The notes below the pieces were generated by a model. The model worked only from the letters and a program-made list of their open reading frames with translations. It was not told where the DNA came from and searched no databases. Below, piece after piece: positions 21,749 to 34,805 of a stretch of DNA of 64,000 nt. Source of the stretch: Eledone cirrhosa (Eukaryota); contig OZ024755.1 of assembly GCA_964016885.1 (NCBI GenBank), forward strand, positions 38,750,001 through 38,814,000. The letters run 5' to 3'. The position numbers and the translations under genes were made by a program. How positions within the stretch are numbered: the stretch's first letter is position 1; every line of letters begins with the position of its first letter.

Positions 21749-23105
21749 TATCCATGATTTGACACATATATTATATTATCCATGGTTTGACACATATATT
21801 ATATCATCCACGGTTTGACACATATATTATATCATCCACGGTTTGACACATATATTATATTATCCACGGTTTGACACATATATTATATTATCCACGGTTT
21901 GACACATATATTATATTATCCACGGTTTGACACATATATTATATTATCCACGGTTTGACACATATATTATATTATCCATGGTTTGACATATATTATATTA
22001 TCCATGGTTTGACACATATATTATATTATCCATGGTTTGACACATATATTATATTATCCACGGTTTGACACATATATTATATTATCCATGGTTTGACACA
22101 TATATTATATTATCAACGGTTTGACACATATATTATATTATCCATGGTTTGACACATATATTATATTATCAACGGTTTGACACATATATTATATTATCCA
22201 TGGTTTGACACATATATTATATTATCCACGGTTTGACACATATATTATATTATCCATGGTTTGACACATATATTATATTATCAACGGTTTGACACATATT
22301 ATATTATCCATGGTTTGACACATATATTATATTATCCATGGTTTGACACATATATTATATTATCCACGGTTTGACACATATATTATATTATCTACGGTTT
22401 GACACATATATTATATTATCCACGGTTTGACACATATATTATATTATCTACGGTTTGACACATATTATATTATCCACGGTTTGACACATATATTATATTA
22501 TCTACGGTTTGACACATATATTATATTATCTACGGTTTGACACATATATTATATTATCCACGGTTTGACACATATATTATATTATCCATGGTTTGACACA
22601 TATATTATATTATCCACGGTTTGACACATATATTATATTATCCACGGTTTGACACATATATTATATTATCTACGGTTTGACACATATATTATATTATCCA
22701 CGGTTTGACACATATATTATATTATCTACGGTTTGACACATATATTATATTATCCATGGTTTGACACATATTATATTATCCACGGTTTGACACATATATT
22801 ATATTATCCACGGTTTGACACATATATTATATTATCCACGGTTTGACACATATTATATTATCCACGGTTTGACACATATATTATATTATCCATGGTTTGA
22901 CACATATTATATTATCCACGGTTTGACACATATATTATATTATCCACGGTTTGACACATATATTATATTATCCACGGTTTGACACATATATTATATTATC
23001 CATGGTTTGACACATATATTATATTATCCACGGTTTGACACATATTATATTATCTACGGTTTGACACATATATTATATTATCCATGGTTTAACACATATA
23101 TTATA
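21749..23105. repeat. 28-bp AT-rich minisatellite (~48 copies)
   Basis: Unit tttgacacatatattatattatccaYgg. Confidence 0.97.
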
Positions 23106-23349
23106 CTAGCAGATGTACCCGGCGTTGCTCGGGAAATGAATGACAGCCTGAATTGTTCAAGGTCGTTTATGGCTGAGCTAGCAATTTCTGAGTGCATGTC
23201 AGCTTATGTCAGCTAGCCAATGAGAGGTCGCCTCAATAGCACGTGCCAAATCGGCCTGGTACTTCAAAAGTTAAAAGGAGCCTACTATTTGTACAGACAG
23301 ACAGACAGACACACACACAGACAGACCGACTTGCTTTTATATATATAGA
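23106..23349 (-). mobile_element. Short non-autonomous Helitron (244 bp)
   Basis: Same termini as 3003-4636: ctagcag...cccggcgttgctcggg at left, (caga)n...ttttatatatataga at right; splits a satellite unit at tattata^ttatccatg. Confidence 0.9.
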
Positions 23350-23429
23350 TTATCCATGTCTACAATAACCCGAATATTTCCTATACAATATTTGAAACAA
23401 TGGCAGAATACTTAATCCTTCGAGTACTT

Positions 23430-23725
23430 TCTACTACTACCCTTTTTACTACTACTACTACTACTACTACTACTATCACTAGTAGTACAACCACCACTAT
23501 TACTACTACTACTACCACCACCACCACTACTATTACTACTACTACTATTTTTACTACTACTACTACTACTACTACTATCACTAGTAGTACCACCACCACT
23601 ATTACTAATACTACCACCACCACTATTACTACTACTATTTTTACTACTACTACTACTACTACTACTGCTATCACTACTACAATCACCCACACACCCCGCC
23701 ACCGCCACCACCACCACAACAATAA
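23430..23725. repeat. (ACT)n/(ACC)n trinucleotide repeat
   Basis: Direct inspection. Confidence 0.95.
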
Positions 23726-24209
23726 CAAAAGCTAAAGTGAGACAAACGACTGTTTGTGTTGTAGTTTGTAGAATTGTTTCCAAAATCTTAATATTACAAG
23801 GAGATATTTCTAAAGAATATATTTTATTATAAATATAATACATGGATGTATAATAACGACTCGACAGTTTCGTCGTCATTTCTCAAACTATACAAACTTA
23901 TTCCATAGCTAAAATCTTTCTCAAGAAACTTATATCGATATTCAATAGAATCTTATATTTTATTCTGCGAATCTTTGTGTATTTGAAGTCCATTGCTTCC
24001 GGTGTACAAGTAAAATGATATTTACTACAATACACTTATGTTGCTTTCCAGGTTTTAGTTAGAATATTTGGAAGTTATGACACATTGGTACTACACCAAT
24101 ATAACACAATATAAAGAAGAAGAACGAGATAATAGTTCTACTTCTCACATATATAAATATATACACCTACTTACATGCATACATACATACATATACACAT
24201 ATTTACATG

Positions 24210-24277
<68 letters not shown>

Positions 24278-25107
24278 AATGAAAGGTATAGAAAACATTG
24301 TAGCAAAAAGCCAATATATATATATATATACGGAAAAGAATGAAACGAAATTTCATTTCTCACTCTTAGTACGGCTTATATATATATATATATATACATA
24401 CTTATATATATATATATATAAACAAGTCAACAGGTTAAAATTAGCTTCGTTTATTCATATATATATATATATATTGTTATACTTTGGGAGGGTCATGTTG
24501 CCAAAGTATAACAATATCGGTTTCAACACACGATTTCAGATAAAGAATCTTGCTAAACAAATTCAGAAACGAAATATATATATATATATATATATATATA
24601 TGGGTATATATATATATGTGTGTATATAAATTATATACATATATATATTGTTATATATAAAAAAGTAAGTCCATACAATCATTAGATAAAATATATACAG
24701 TATTTATCCTCCCAATCAGCATAAATCAACCACACAAAAAATCATTTAAACGAGGCTGTAAGTTTAAAATGTACTTATGAAGAAACAATAGATAAATGAT
24801 ATAGCTTCTTATCCGCGACTTATAGCTACAAACAAATTATCCAATATTTCTTTTTACCTGTAGAAATTGACTAGACATATAGTTAACTATACATAATTAG
24901 GTACAAAATCAAAGTTAGAAGAAAAAATGTACATAAACATACCGAAATCATCAAAATATCTCTACCCCCGGGGGTTTCATTCCATTTTTGGTTATATCCG
25001 ATCTTGGACAAATCAGCGAGGTTTGGAAATCATCAGGAGATAACTCAATTGGACAAGATCTTTCTACCATGATCCTCGCTAGAAACGAATTCAAAATGCC
25101 TAAGAAT

Positions 25108-25156
<49 letters not shown>

Positions 25157-25294
25157 CATACATATATACATACACATTTACATGCATATATACAAACATA
25201 CACACACGCATATATATATACATACGCACATATACACACATGCATATACACATACATTACATACATTCATACATACATACACACATACATACAT

Positions 25295-25907
25295 TAGGAG
25301 AATATTTATGCAAAACTAACAAGGAATCTGCAGATACTCCACCCTGACTATACCTTCAGATTTATACCTGTGATTATTGGGGTCACTGTGATATGTAGAG
25401 TAACTTCCTCAATACAAATCTATCAATCCATAGAAAAGATAGCCCCTACAATAAACATTAAAACTTACAGAAATGTGGAAGACATACACATACATAATAT
25501 AAAAGAGTACTGGTGGAATGTTCCAGTAAAAACCCCAATAAAATACAGGCATAACAGACCAGATATTATGATATGGGACAGGGAAAAGAAGGCATGCACA
25601 GTAGTGGAAGTTAGCTGCCCAGCAGATGCCAATACAATATCAAAGATTAGCGAAAAGGAGAATATTTATGCAGAACTGATGAGAAATCTGCAGATACTCC
25701 ACCCTGATTACACCTTCAGATTTATGCCTGTGATTATTGGGGCACTGGGGTATGTTAGTAACTGCCTCAATACAAATCTTGAGGAGCTGGGCTTCACAGG
25801 AACAGAAAGAACACAACAAGTTCGGAAATTACAAGTACAATCCTCGAACAGTACAAATATGTAACAGTAAAAATATGTAAGACATTCCAAAAATTGTGCA
25901 TCTAATA
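25295..25907 (+). mobile_element. 3' fragment of a restriction-like-endonuclease LINE (R4/Dong-like)
   Basis: KEYWWN...HNRPDIMIWD...VVEVSCP...K...Y...PVIIGALG (PD-(D/E)xK RLE motif); 25296-25400 duplicates 25657-25760; flanked by (TACA)-like repeats. Confidence 0.85.
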
Positions 25908-26157
25908 ACTGCATATACACATGTACAGATACAAAGCATATGCAGATGCACATATATAACTCAAAACATACACATCCACACATACAATAATATCTATATC
26001 TACACATGCAGACATGCATACATAGCTACCTAGTTGATGTTGTGTAAATTCCAATGAGAGAGTCTTGTAACTTGTTAGAAACCGACTCTTTCTCTATTGG
26101 GAAACAATTTGTAGAATTATAAAACCAGAAGAACATACATACATACATACATACAGA

Positions 26158-27083
26158 CATGGTCGCTGCCAACTCGTTTTCGAGCACGGCCACTACTTTA
26201 TCTCCATGTAGGAGAACTCCTACCGATGCGCTGAACGAGTGTGACTTTTTAGTCCAGCCAGCGACTTGAACACTCTGGTACAAACACTACACTTGTGACA
26301 ATTATTGACACATAATGCTGGGCCCATGGTACCATGTGATGACAAATGTAGAGAGATCTCCAGATATAAAGCAATGCCTGTGCCGTGAAGCTTTTATAGT
26401 GAGCAAAGGCACTGCACAAAGCGAGTCCCACTCTCTTAACCAAGATGATATTTACCAAAAAGAACAACAAGTCAACATCATTGGATACCATCAGGGTTGC
26501 AGGTGTTATATCAGAGTTTTCCTTCTCCTAGAATTCTGACTTGACAAGGGCTAAGGGGTCATCACTCCCGGTGATTTTGGATGGCCATTGACTCTTAAGA
26601 GATCATTTGCCCTTTGACAGGTTTTGTTTTTAGTCCTGCAGGATGTCCAAAGTCACCCTCCTCACCAAGAAACCTTGGTAGGGTTGCCAGTTTAGTCGCC
26701 AAGGACCCGACCATGGGGCAGGTTGTACTGGGATACATGTTACCAGTAGCACCAACTGGTGACCTGACATAAGATACATACATACATAGATACATGGTGG
26801 CTGCCAACTCGTTTTCGAGTACGGCCACTACTTTATATCCATGTAGGAGAACCCCTACCGATACGCTGAACGAGTGAAACTTTTTAGTCCAGCCAGCGAC
26901 TTGAAAACTCTGGTACAAACACTACACTTGTGACAATTATTGACACATAGTGCTGGGCCCATGGTACCATGTGATGACAAGTGCAGAGAGATCTCCAGAT
27001 ATAAAGCAATGCCTGTGCCGTGAATCTTTTATAGTGAGCAAAGGCACTGCACAAAGCCAGTCCCACTCTCTTAACCAAGATGA

Positions 27084-27088
<5 letters not shown>
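26158..27088 (-). mobile_element. Cluster of (TACA)n-bounded non-coding repeats, probably LINE/RTE-derived non-autonomous elements
   Basis: 26158-26455 duplicated at 26793-27088; 26455-26770 related to 28560-28950, including minus-strand ctaggagaagg...aactc and ggcgactaaaYtggcaaccc. Confidence 0.6.
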
Positions 27089-27117
<29 letters not shown>

Positions 27118-27179
27118 CATACATACATACATACATAAGGTCAGCAACCGTCTTGCAGAGGTGTATGAACATGAAGGAA

Positions 27180-27365
27180 ATAATTGTTTCTACTTTAGGC
27201 ACAAGGCCAGCAATTATCCCAGTGTATTACTGGTTTCTTATTTTATCGACCCCATAAGGATGAAAGGCAAAGATAACCTCGGTGGGATTTGAACTCATGT
27301 CATAAAGGCTCGTAACTCCATGCTGCAGAGCATGGCGTCTAACCCTCTACCGATACTGCCAATCC
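27180..27365 (-). mobile_element. tRNA-derived SINE
   Basis: Same family as 9865-10012. Confidence 0.85.
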
Positions 27366-27384
27366 AAATATCATTAGGATAGCC

Positions 27385-28262
27385 ACTGATCTGGAGGAGA
27401 GATATGGAATAAGGCCTGATATAAATCTCTCCAGGAACATTGGAAGATTCTATTCAATGCTCGAAGAAAAGAAAATGGACCAATTTTCAGAGAAAGTTGT
27501 TCATGGGTACCTGAGACGAAAACCACAGACCATAGAGGGGATAAATAAAAAAGCATGGCAAGGAGTTCCGACAAGTTTATAACGTCCCACCTTGAAGGAT
27601 ATCTCTATGCACTACAGGAACAAGAAATCCCTACCAAATATCTACTACAAAAAAGCGGAGGGCCATCAGTCCGTCTATTAATGTAGGCTATTAAAACAAA
27701 GATCGAAGATGTTAGCCACATTGTTGCCAACTGTGAAAGAATATCGTCTCGCTTCTACCTCCATGAGAGACACCATCTGGAACGCAATTAGAACCATCTG
27801 GAGCGCAATTAGAACCATCTGGAGCGCAATTAGAAAAACAAAATTAAAAACAAATGAGGAGGAATATGTTGAGATAAATGGCACTAAAGAATACTGGTGG
27901 AACCTGAAAATAAAAATGGCCACTAAATAACAGCACAACGGCCTGATATTGTTGTTTGGGACCACATATTGAAAACGTACTCTGTTGTAGAGATCAGCTG
28001 CCCACTTGATGTCAACGTTGTAAGAAAAATACAGGAAAAGGAGGACATCTACGGACCATTGATGAGGAGTTTGCAAATCCAGTATCCAAGATACACCTTC
28101 AGCTTCATGCCCATTATTATATAACACCCCACTTGGACCAAAGTGTAATTGAACTTGGATTTGTGGACAAAGAACGCATCTCCCTAATTCATAGACTATA
28201 AATGGCTGCGATATCTGGCACCTTCAAAATTTGCAAAATATTCTTGCGATTCAAGAGATAAC
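27385..28262 (+). pseudogene. Degraded RLE-type LINE ORF fragment (R4/Dong-like)
   Basis: Frameshifted HGYL, EGYLYALQEQEIPTKYL, EDVSHIVANC, KEYWWNLKI, PDIVVWD, VEISCPLD; 21-bp internal triplication at ~27770-27835. Confidence 0.8.
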
Positions 28263-29112
28263 AATTTCTTTCTTTTACACCTTGCCACCAGGAAGGTGGC
28301 CGGTCAAAAATGTACTGGAAATTAAGAGAAAAAGAGCACATATACATACACACATTTACATGCATACATACATACACACATACGTACATATATGATCGCT
28401 GCCCCCTCGTTACCGAGAATGGCCATTGCACGATATAACATTATTAATAATTATCAATTAATTCTATCGTGCAATGCCTGTGCGTGAAGATTTTTTTTAA
28501 CGTGAGGAAAGACTGTGCACTGAGCCAATCCCACTCTCTGAGCGACAGTAGCTATAACCCTAAAAGAAAAAAAGAACAACATCATCGGTAACTACTGAGT
28601 TGTAGGTTTTATATCGGAGTTATCCCAGTTTCCTGAGTTGCCTTCTCCTAGAAGAATGCCGTGACGAAGGCTAGGGGTCCTTCACTCCCAGTGGTTTAAC
28701 ATCGCGATCGGGTGTCCAGCCCAACTATTTCTATGTCCCCGCGCATATACATACACATGTATACATGTATATACACATATACATATATATACATATATAC
28801 ACATACATAGATGTATATACACATATTTACACATTTTTGGATGGCCAAGTAAACTTGGTGGGGTTGCCAATTTAGTCGCCGACGCCCCAACTATGCGACA
28901 GATTGTACTGGGTTACATGTTACCAGTAGCACTCAAGAGTGAACCGACATAATACATACATATATTCATACCTACATACATACATGCATACGTATATACA
29001 TACATACATACATATATATACCTGCATATGTATAGATACACTCATACATACGTACCTACATACATACATGCACATATATATATACGTACATACGCACACA
29101 CTCACAAAGACA

Positions 29113-29145
<33 letters not shown>

Positions 29146-29683
29146 GTATATCTAGTTCAGGAACAGACAAGAGATGCACAGAGATGCAAAAACACAAGGT
29201 CGTATTAGTTTGACGTAAATGGTTATCTCGATGTTTCGGTCAGAAGTTTTTCCTCGGGTTCGATAAAAAAAGCACCAGTGATGCACTGGGGTCGAAAATT
29301 GTTGGCCTTGTACCTAAATCAGAAACCATTATATCGCCTTTCTATTCTACAATATCTGACCCCACCCCTCACTCGTTCTCCTATTTCTGCTCATTTCTCA
29401 CACTTTAACTTCACCCCAACGTTTAATGTCCTCTTCTACTGTCAAGTGTATTTATATATTCATATATTTAAAATTAATTCTTACAGGCCTCTTGTACATC
29501 AAATGTTGACAAGTGTCTCAAACTGTAACTATTTAAATAAAGACGACATTTTATTTTCAATGAGAGGCATCGCAAGATTCGAAGTAAACACGTGAAAACC
29601 TCAGTTTATCTCTTGTAGTTATTAAATAATTAACTTCATATCATTTAATGAACACTCTTTATTACGTTTGTATAAATAAGGAT

Positions 29684-29820
<137 letters not shown>

Positions 29821-29937
29821 ACACACGCACTAACACACAAATATATATATGTAAAAGGTAAACAGGAATAACAAAGCAAACGACGCAGTACATTGAAGAA
29901 ATATATTAGTTTAGCGCTTGAAATAGCAGGAAAAGTG

Positions 29938-29973
29938 TCTTAATGTTTCGGACACTAGTCCTTCATCAGAAGA
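29938..29973 (-). ncRNA. Minimal hammerhead motif, partly decayed
   Basis: Minus strand tctt CTGATGA a-ggac-tagt-gtcc GAAA ca TT aaga; stem III broken, probably from CG. Confidence 0.5.
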
Positions 29974-30222
29974 TAGAGTTAGAAATAAAAGATGAAATCG
30001 AAAGATAATATTAGCAATTGGAAAGACCGACGGAAACATTGTTTCCTTGGTCCGATTCGTCGAGCTCCACCTCACTCGTTAAGAGAATGAGGTGTGTCGA
30101 CTGTCGATATATATATATATGTAATTGAACTCCTATCTTTATTAACCTCTGTCTTCAATGTACTTCCACCCAGTTTGGGTGGTTAGACCAACCTCGATTA
30201 ACATCTGTGTAAACAGCTACAT

Positions 30223-30315
30223 CTTCTCTGAAGATCCTCTACCACTCCTGTAACGACTTACACATATGTAAAGGATGTTACCGACTGTAGTGTAGGTGAA
30301 ACATCATGTAAGAAG
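30223..30315 (+). ncRNA. Type I hammerhead motif with long stem II
   Basis: Stem I cttct/agaag; CTGAAGA at 30228; nested stem II cct..ctac..gtaac..ttaca/tgtaa..gttac..gtag..agg; GAAA at 30298; stem III CATCATG; triplet GTA. Confidence 0.78.
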
Positions 30316-30387
30316 TAAAATGTTGTACTAACGACCTGCAACTCCTCCATTTATTCATTTTGCATATATATATATATATATATACGT

Positions 30388-30442
30388 TGAGATTCCTGAT
30401 GATTTCTAAAGAATGAAACAGTTCTAGTCCTGTAGAATCTCA
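30388..30442 (+). ncRNA. Type I hammerhead ribozyme motif (best-formed in the window)
   Basis: 8-bp stem I tgagattc/gaatctca; CTGATGA at 30396; stem II ttc-taaa-gaa; GAAA at 30415; stem III cag-ttctagtc-ctg; triplet GTA. Confidence 0.85.
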
Positions 30443-30465
30443 TCTATATTAAAACTATATATATT

Positions 30466-32446
30466 CGCACTTCCACTCACTCACTCTGTTTCTCCCCTTC
30501 TCACTTCCTCCCGTTCGCTAAGAGTGGGATTCTTTCTTTCTCACATCCCATTCACAGCGAAAGGTCTGTTTTCTGAGCGCTCATGAAATTCACCCAGATT
30601 ATGCTGATCGGATAACCATGTTGCTTGTTTTTTTCCCCATCTTCGGTTTGCTTTTCCTCCTATGTTGTTTACTTGTCTCACTCGCTTTACGCGACTCACT
30701 TGTCCCAATAACTTATTTTAGTTATTGCTCGCACCAACCTGAGGTATATGATTTTTAATGCGATGAAATACCAATGATCGTTGGCAAATCACTGATGAGG
30801 GACTAATTTTATAATATGTAATCCATGTGCAACCATGCAGTATTCTTCTCCCCATGTTTTTCATATATATTTACCTAAACTGCGATTATCTGTTTCTCTC
30901 TTTCTCTCTTACTGCTCCCCCGTTCTCTCTGTTTCTCTTACCTTTTTTCGTCTCCTCTGTCAGTTAACACTTTCTCTCGACTGACCTCTTCCTCGCACTT
31001 CCACTCACTCACTCTCTGTTTCTCCCCTTCTCACTTCCCCCCGTTCGCTAAGAGTGGGATTCTTTCTTTCTCACATCCCATTCACAGCGAAAAGTCTGTT
31101 TTCTGAGCGCTCATGAAATTCACCCGGCTTATGCTGATCGGATAACCATGTTGCTTGTTTTTTTCCCCATCTTCGGTTTGCTTTTCCTCCTATGTTGTTT
31201 ACTTGTCTCACTCGCTTTACGCGACTCACTTGTCCCAATAACTTATTTTAGTTATTGCTCGCACCAACCTGAGGTATATGATTTTTAATGCGATGAAATA
31301 CCAATGATCGTTGGCAAATCACTGATGAGGGACTAATTTTATAATATGTAATCCATGTGCAACCATGCAGTATTCTTCTCCCCATGTTTTTCATATATAT
31401 TTACCTAAACTGCGATTATCTGTTTCTCTCTTTCTCTCTTACTGCTCCCCCGTTCTCTCTGTTTCTCTTACCTTCTTTCGTCTCCTCTGTCAGTTAACAC
31501 TTTCTCTCGACTGACCTCTTCCTCGCACTTCCACTCACTCACTCTCTGTTTCTCCCCTTCTCACTTCCTCCCGTTCGCTAAGAGTGGGATTCTTTCTTTC
31601 TCACATCCCATTCACAGCGAAAGGTCTGTTTTCTGAGCGCTCATGAAATTCACCCAGATTATGCTGATCGGATAACCATGTTGCTTGTTTTTTTCCCATC
31701 TTCGGTTTGCTTTTCCTCCTATGTTGTTTACTTGTCTCACTCGCTTTACGCGACTCACTTGTCCCAATAACTTATTTTAGTTATTGCTCGCACCAACCTG
31801 AGGTATATGATTTTTAATGCGATGAAATACCAATGATCGTTGGCAAATCACTGATGAGGGACTAATTTTATAATATGTAATCCATGTGCAACCATGCAGT
31901 ATTCTTCTCCCCATGTTTTTCATATATATTTACCTAAACTGCGATTATCTGTTTCTCTCTTTCTCTCTTACTGCTCCCCCGTTCTCTCTGTTTCTCTTAC
32001 CTTCTTTCGTCCCCTCTGTCAGTTAACACTTTCTCTCGACTGACCTCTTCCTCGCACTTCCACTCACTCACTCTCTGTTTCTCCCCTTCTCACTTCCTCC
32101 CGTTCGCTAAGAGTGGGATTCTTTCTTTCTCACATCCCATTCACAGCGAAAAGTCTGTTTTCTGAGCGCTCATGAAATTCACCCGGCTTATGCTGATCGG
32201 ATAACCATGTTGCTTGTTTTTTTCCCATCTTCGGTTTGCTTTTCCTCCTATGTTGTTTACTTGTCTCACTCGCTTTACGCGACTCACTTGTCCCAATAAC
32301 TTATTTTAGTTATTGCTCGCACCAACCTGAGGTATATGATTTTTAATGCGATGAAATACCAATGATCGTTGGCAAATCACTGATGTGGGACTAATTTTAT
32401 AATATGTAATCCATGTGCAACCATGCAGTATTCTTCTCCCTATGTT

Positions 32447-32452
<6 letters not shown>
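30466..32452. repeat. ~530-bp tandem repeat, ~3.75 near-identical copies, (TA)n-flanked
   Basis: Units start at 30466, 30994, 31524, 32053 (cgcacttccactcactcac). Confidence 0.97.
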
Positions 32453-32492
<40 letters not shown>

Positions 32493-32571
32493 GAAAATAG
32501 AGAAATTAATGTGAGCAAGAAGCCAACAGCATTTCTTAATATATAAGTGACTATAACGTCAAAATGGAAAA

Positions 32572-32647
32572 TAATTGTTTCTGCTTTAGGCACAAGGCCA
32601 GCAATTACCCAGTACATTACTGGTACTTTATTTTATCGACCCCGTAA
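32572..32647 (-). mobile_element. Truncated SINE
   Basis: 3' half of the 9865 family; aaaatggaaaataatt on both sides. Confidence 0.75.
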
Positions 32648-32897
32648 AATGGAAAATAATTAACGTAAGATATGGGAAAATAATTCAAACTCAATTAAAA
32701 AAAAATCAAGACAGAGATTTTATCCACAGATTTTGTGAAATCCAGGGAAAAACCAATAGAGTCTTAACTCAAAATAAAATAAAGTTTAAATACTCATCCT
32801 TCAATTTGGAAAAACTACAAATGCTCTATATATTGACTGCCAATACTGGATTTGAACCATCAAGACCGTTGAGGTATGTCATACATCAATTCATGTA

Positions 32898-32961
32898 TTT
32901 TATCTGACGAGGACGTACTGAAAAAAAACAGCACAGTACCTTCGAAATATATTTAATAAAA
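32898..32961 (+). ncRNA. Type I hammerhead motif
   Basis: Stem I ttttat/ataaaa; CTGACGA at 32904; stem II gga-c-gtactg...cagtac-c-ttc; GAAA at 32944; imperfect stem III; UH = TA. Confidence 0.65.
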
Positions 32962-34499
32962 CATATATTTTGATTATGTGAATGTCTTCATTTATTAATA
33001 TTCTGAATAATATATATATATATCCTAATTGCTGTATTTTCAGTATTTCTATTCCTTCTTTCATGTTGACATGCGATCCTTTCCAAATAGAAATTAGTGG
33101 GCTAAGAAATCAAAATCTAGAATAATCTAACTATATTAGGCGTATAAAAACAAACGTGACTTCGGAGTTAAGGAGTTAACTTCGCAACCATGTAGCGGCA
33201 CTTTAAATAAGTGCTTGTGTGTGTCCATATTTCTGTCTCTGTTTAAGTCCTGTAACTTAGTAGTTCGACAAAAAGGGATCGATAAAAAATACCACACTTG
33301 ATAAAAATCAGTATTGGGTGTGATATGACTGACTGAATATATGACAGTGCCCCAGCATGGCCCCAATTTAATGATTGAGACTAGTAGACTAGTAAAAAAT
33401 TTAAGTATGTTTAGATATATGGACAGGTTGATAGCGCATGCGCTGACGTTTAATGATTTAGCTAACTTCCTATCACTAATGCTCCTCTAATCCAAATAGA
33501 AATTAAACAATCTCTATTTAGATTCAATAAATAATTTTATGACTTCCTTTAAAAAAATGGAATACAATTTATTTTTTAGCTTATATATGGATTTCTTTGC
33601 GTTAATTTTCTTGACAGCCACAGTATTTCCTATTGCTTTTGTCTGTTGCCAGCTTCCCAAAATTTAAATTAGATTAGAGACTAATCAAATGTGTCTTCTA
33701 TATAACGCTTCGTGAGTTCCTGTCGATTAATGGATCTTATTAACGGATCTAACTCAATTTTGTTGGTGAAATTCTGCTTTGCTAACCACTTCTGTCATAG
33801 CAGATTCCAATCTCCAATTGCCTGTTTTGAGGTTAGTTTCACTTGTTGAACATAATTGTCCGTCGGAAGTGAATTCTATTGTTGATTTTGTAAAAGCGGA
33901 CTATATTCATGCGAACACAGAATTAATCGTTGACAACAAAGTTGCTTCCAGTACACGCTATGCTATGGTTTTTTTTATTATTATTACAATTGTTAAATCG
34001 ACCAATGCCTCTTTAACTAGAACACTAGTATTATATTTGTCAATGTTATCTTCATCTTCGTCTTGGCATAATCTGCTGTTGTTGTTAGTTGTTCTAACTT
34101 TTTCTGTAGCAATGGAGTTTCAATTTAATTCTATTTGTTGTTGATGGACGTAGGAAATATTTAGAATATTTCAAGTACAGTTAGAATTAATCAAACGTGA
34201 AAAATGAAGTGACTAAACCAGGGCCTTAACTCCACGTTTTCTACGATTTACAGTATCGTTTATTTAGTATTTTATGGTAGACAGGATATTTCATACTGCA
34301 ACCAACAAATATATCATACATTTCCATAACATTACACCACTGTTGGATCACTCCCTCTATATACTCCGCTGTGAAATCTCGGCCAACTCAGTAATATTTC
34401 AGACAACAGATCGATAGATCGATAGCTGGTTACATGACTTCCGCAGCATTATTATTATTTTCTATGGCCTTTACGTCTATAGTATGGTGATCTTCCAAC

Positions 34500-34740
34500 A
34501 TATGACATAACACTGTATAAAACGTCACTGTATAAGACATGTCACTGTGTAAGACATGTCACTATATAAGATATGTCACTATAAGATATGTCACTATATA
34601 AGACGTGTCGCTGTATTAGATATATCACTGTACAAGACATGTCACTGAATAAGACGTGCCCCCGTATAAGATATATCACTGTATAAGATATACAGTGACA
34701 TGACTTATACAGTTATATAAGACGTGTCGCTGTATAATTC
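34500..34740. repeat. Diverged ~19-bp minisatellite
   Basis: cactgtataagacatgt units. Confidence 0.8.
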
Positions 34741-34805
34741 GTCACGGTAAGGTATTATATATTTTGTAAAATAGCGTTTTGGTTAATTCCTTTTAGGAGG
34801 CTTGG

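Noticed and set aside
33600-34150. Coding-like composition on the minus strand (also 41750-42230 plus strand and 56100-56230)
   Set aside because: Stops in the plausible frames and no recognisable domain or splice structure
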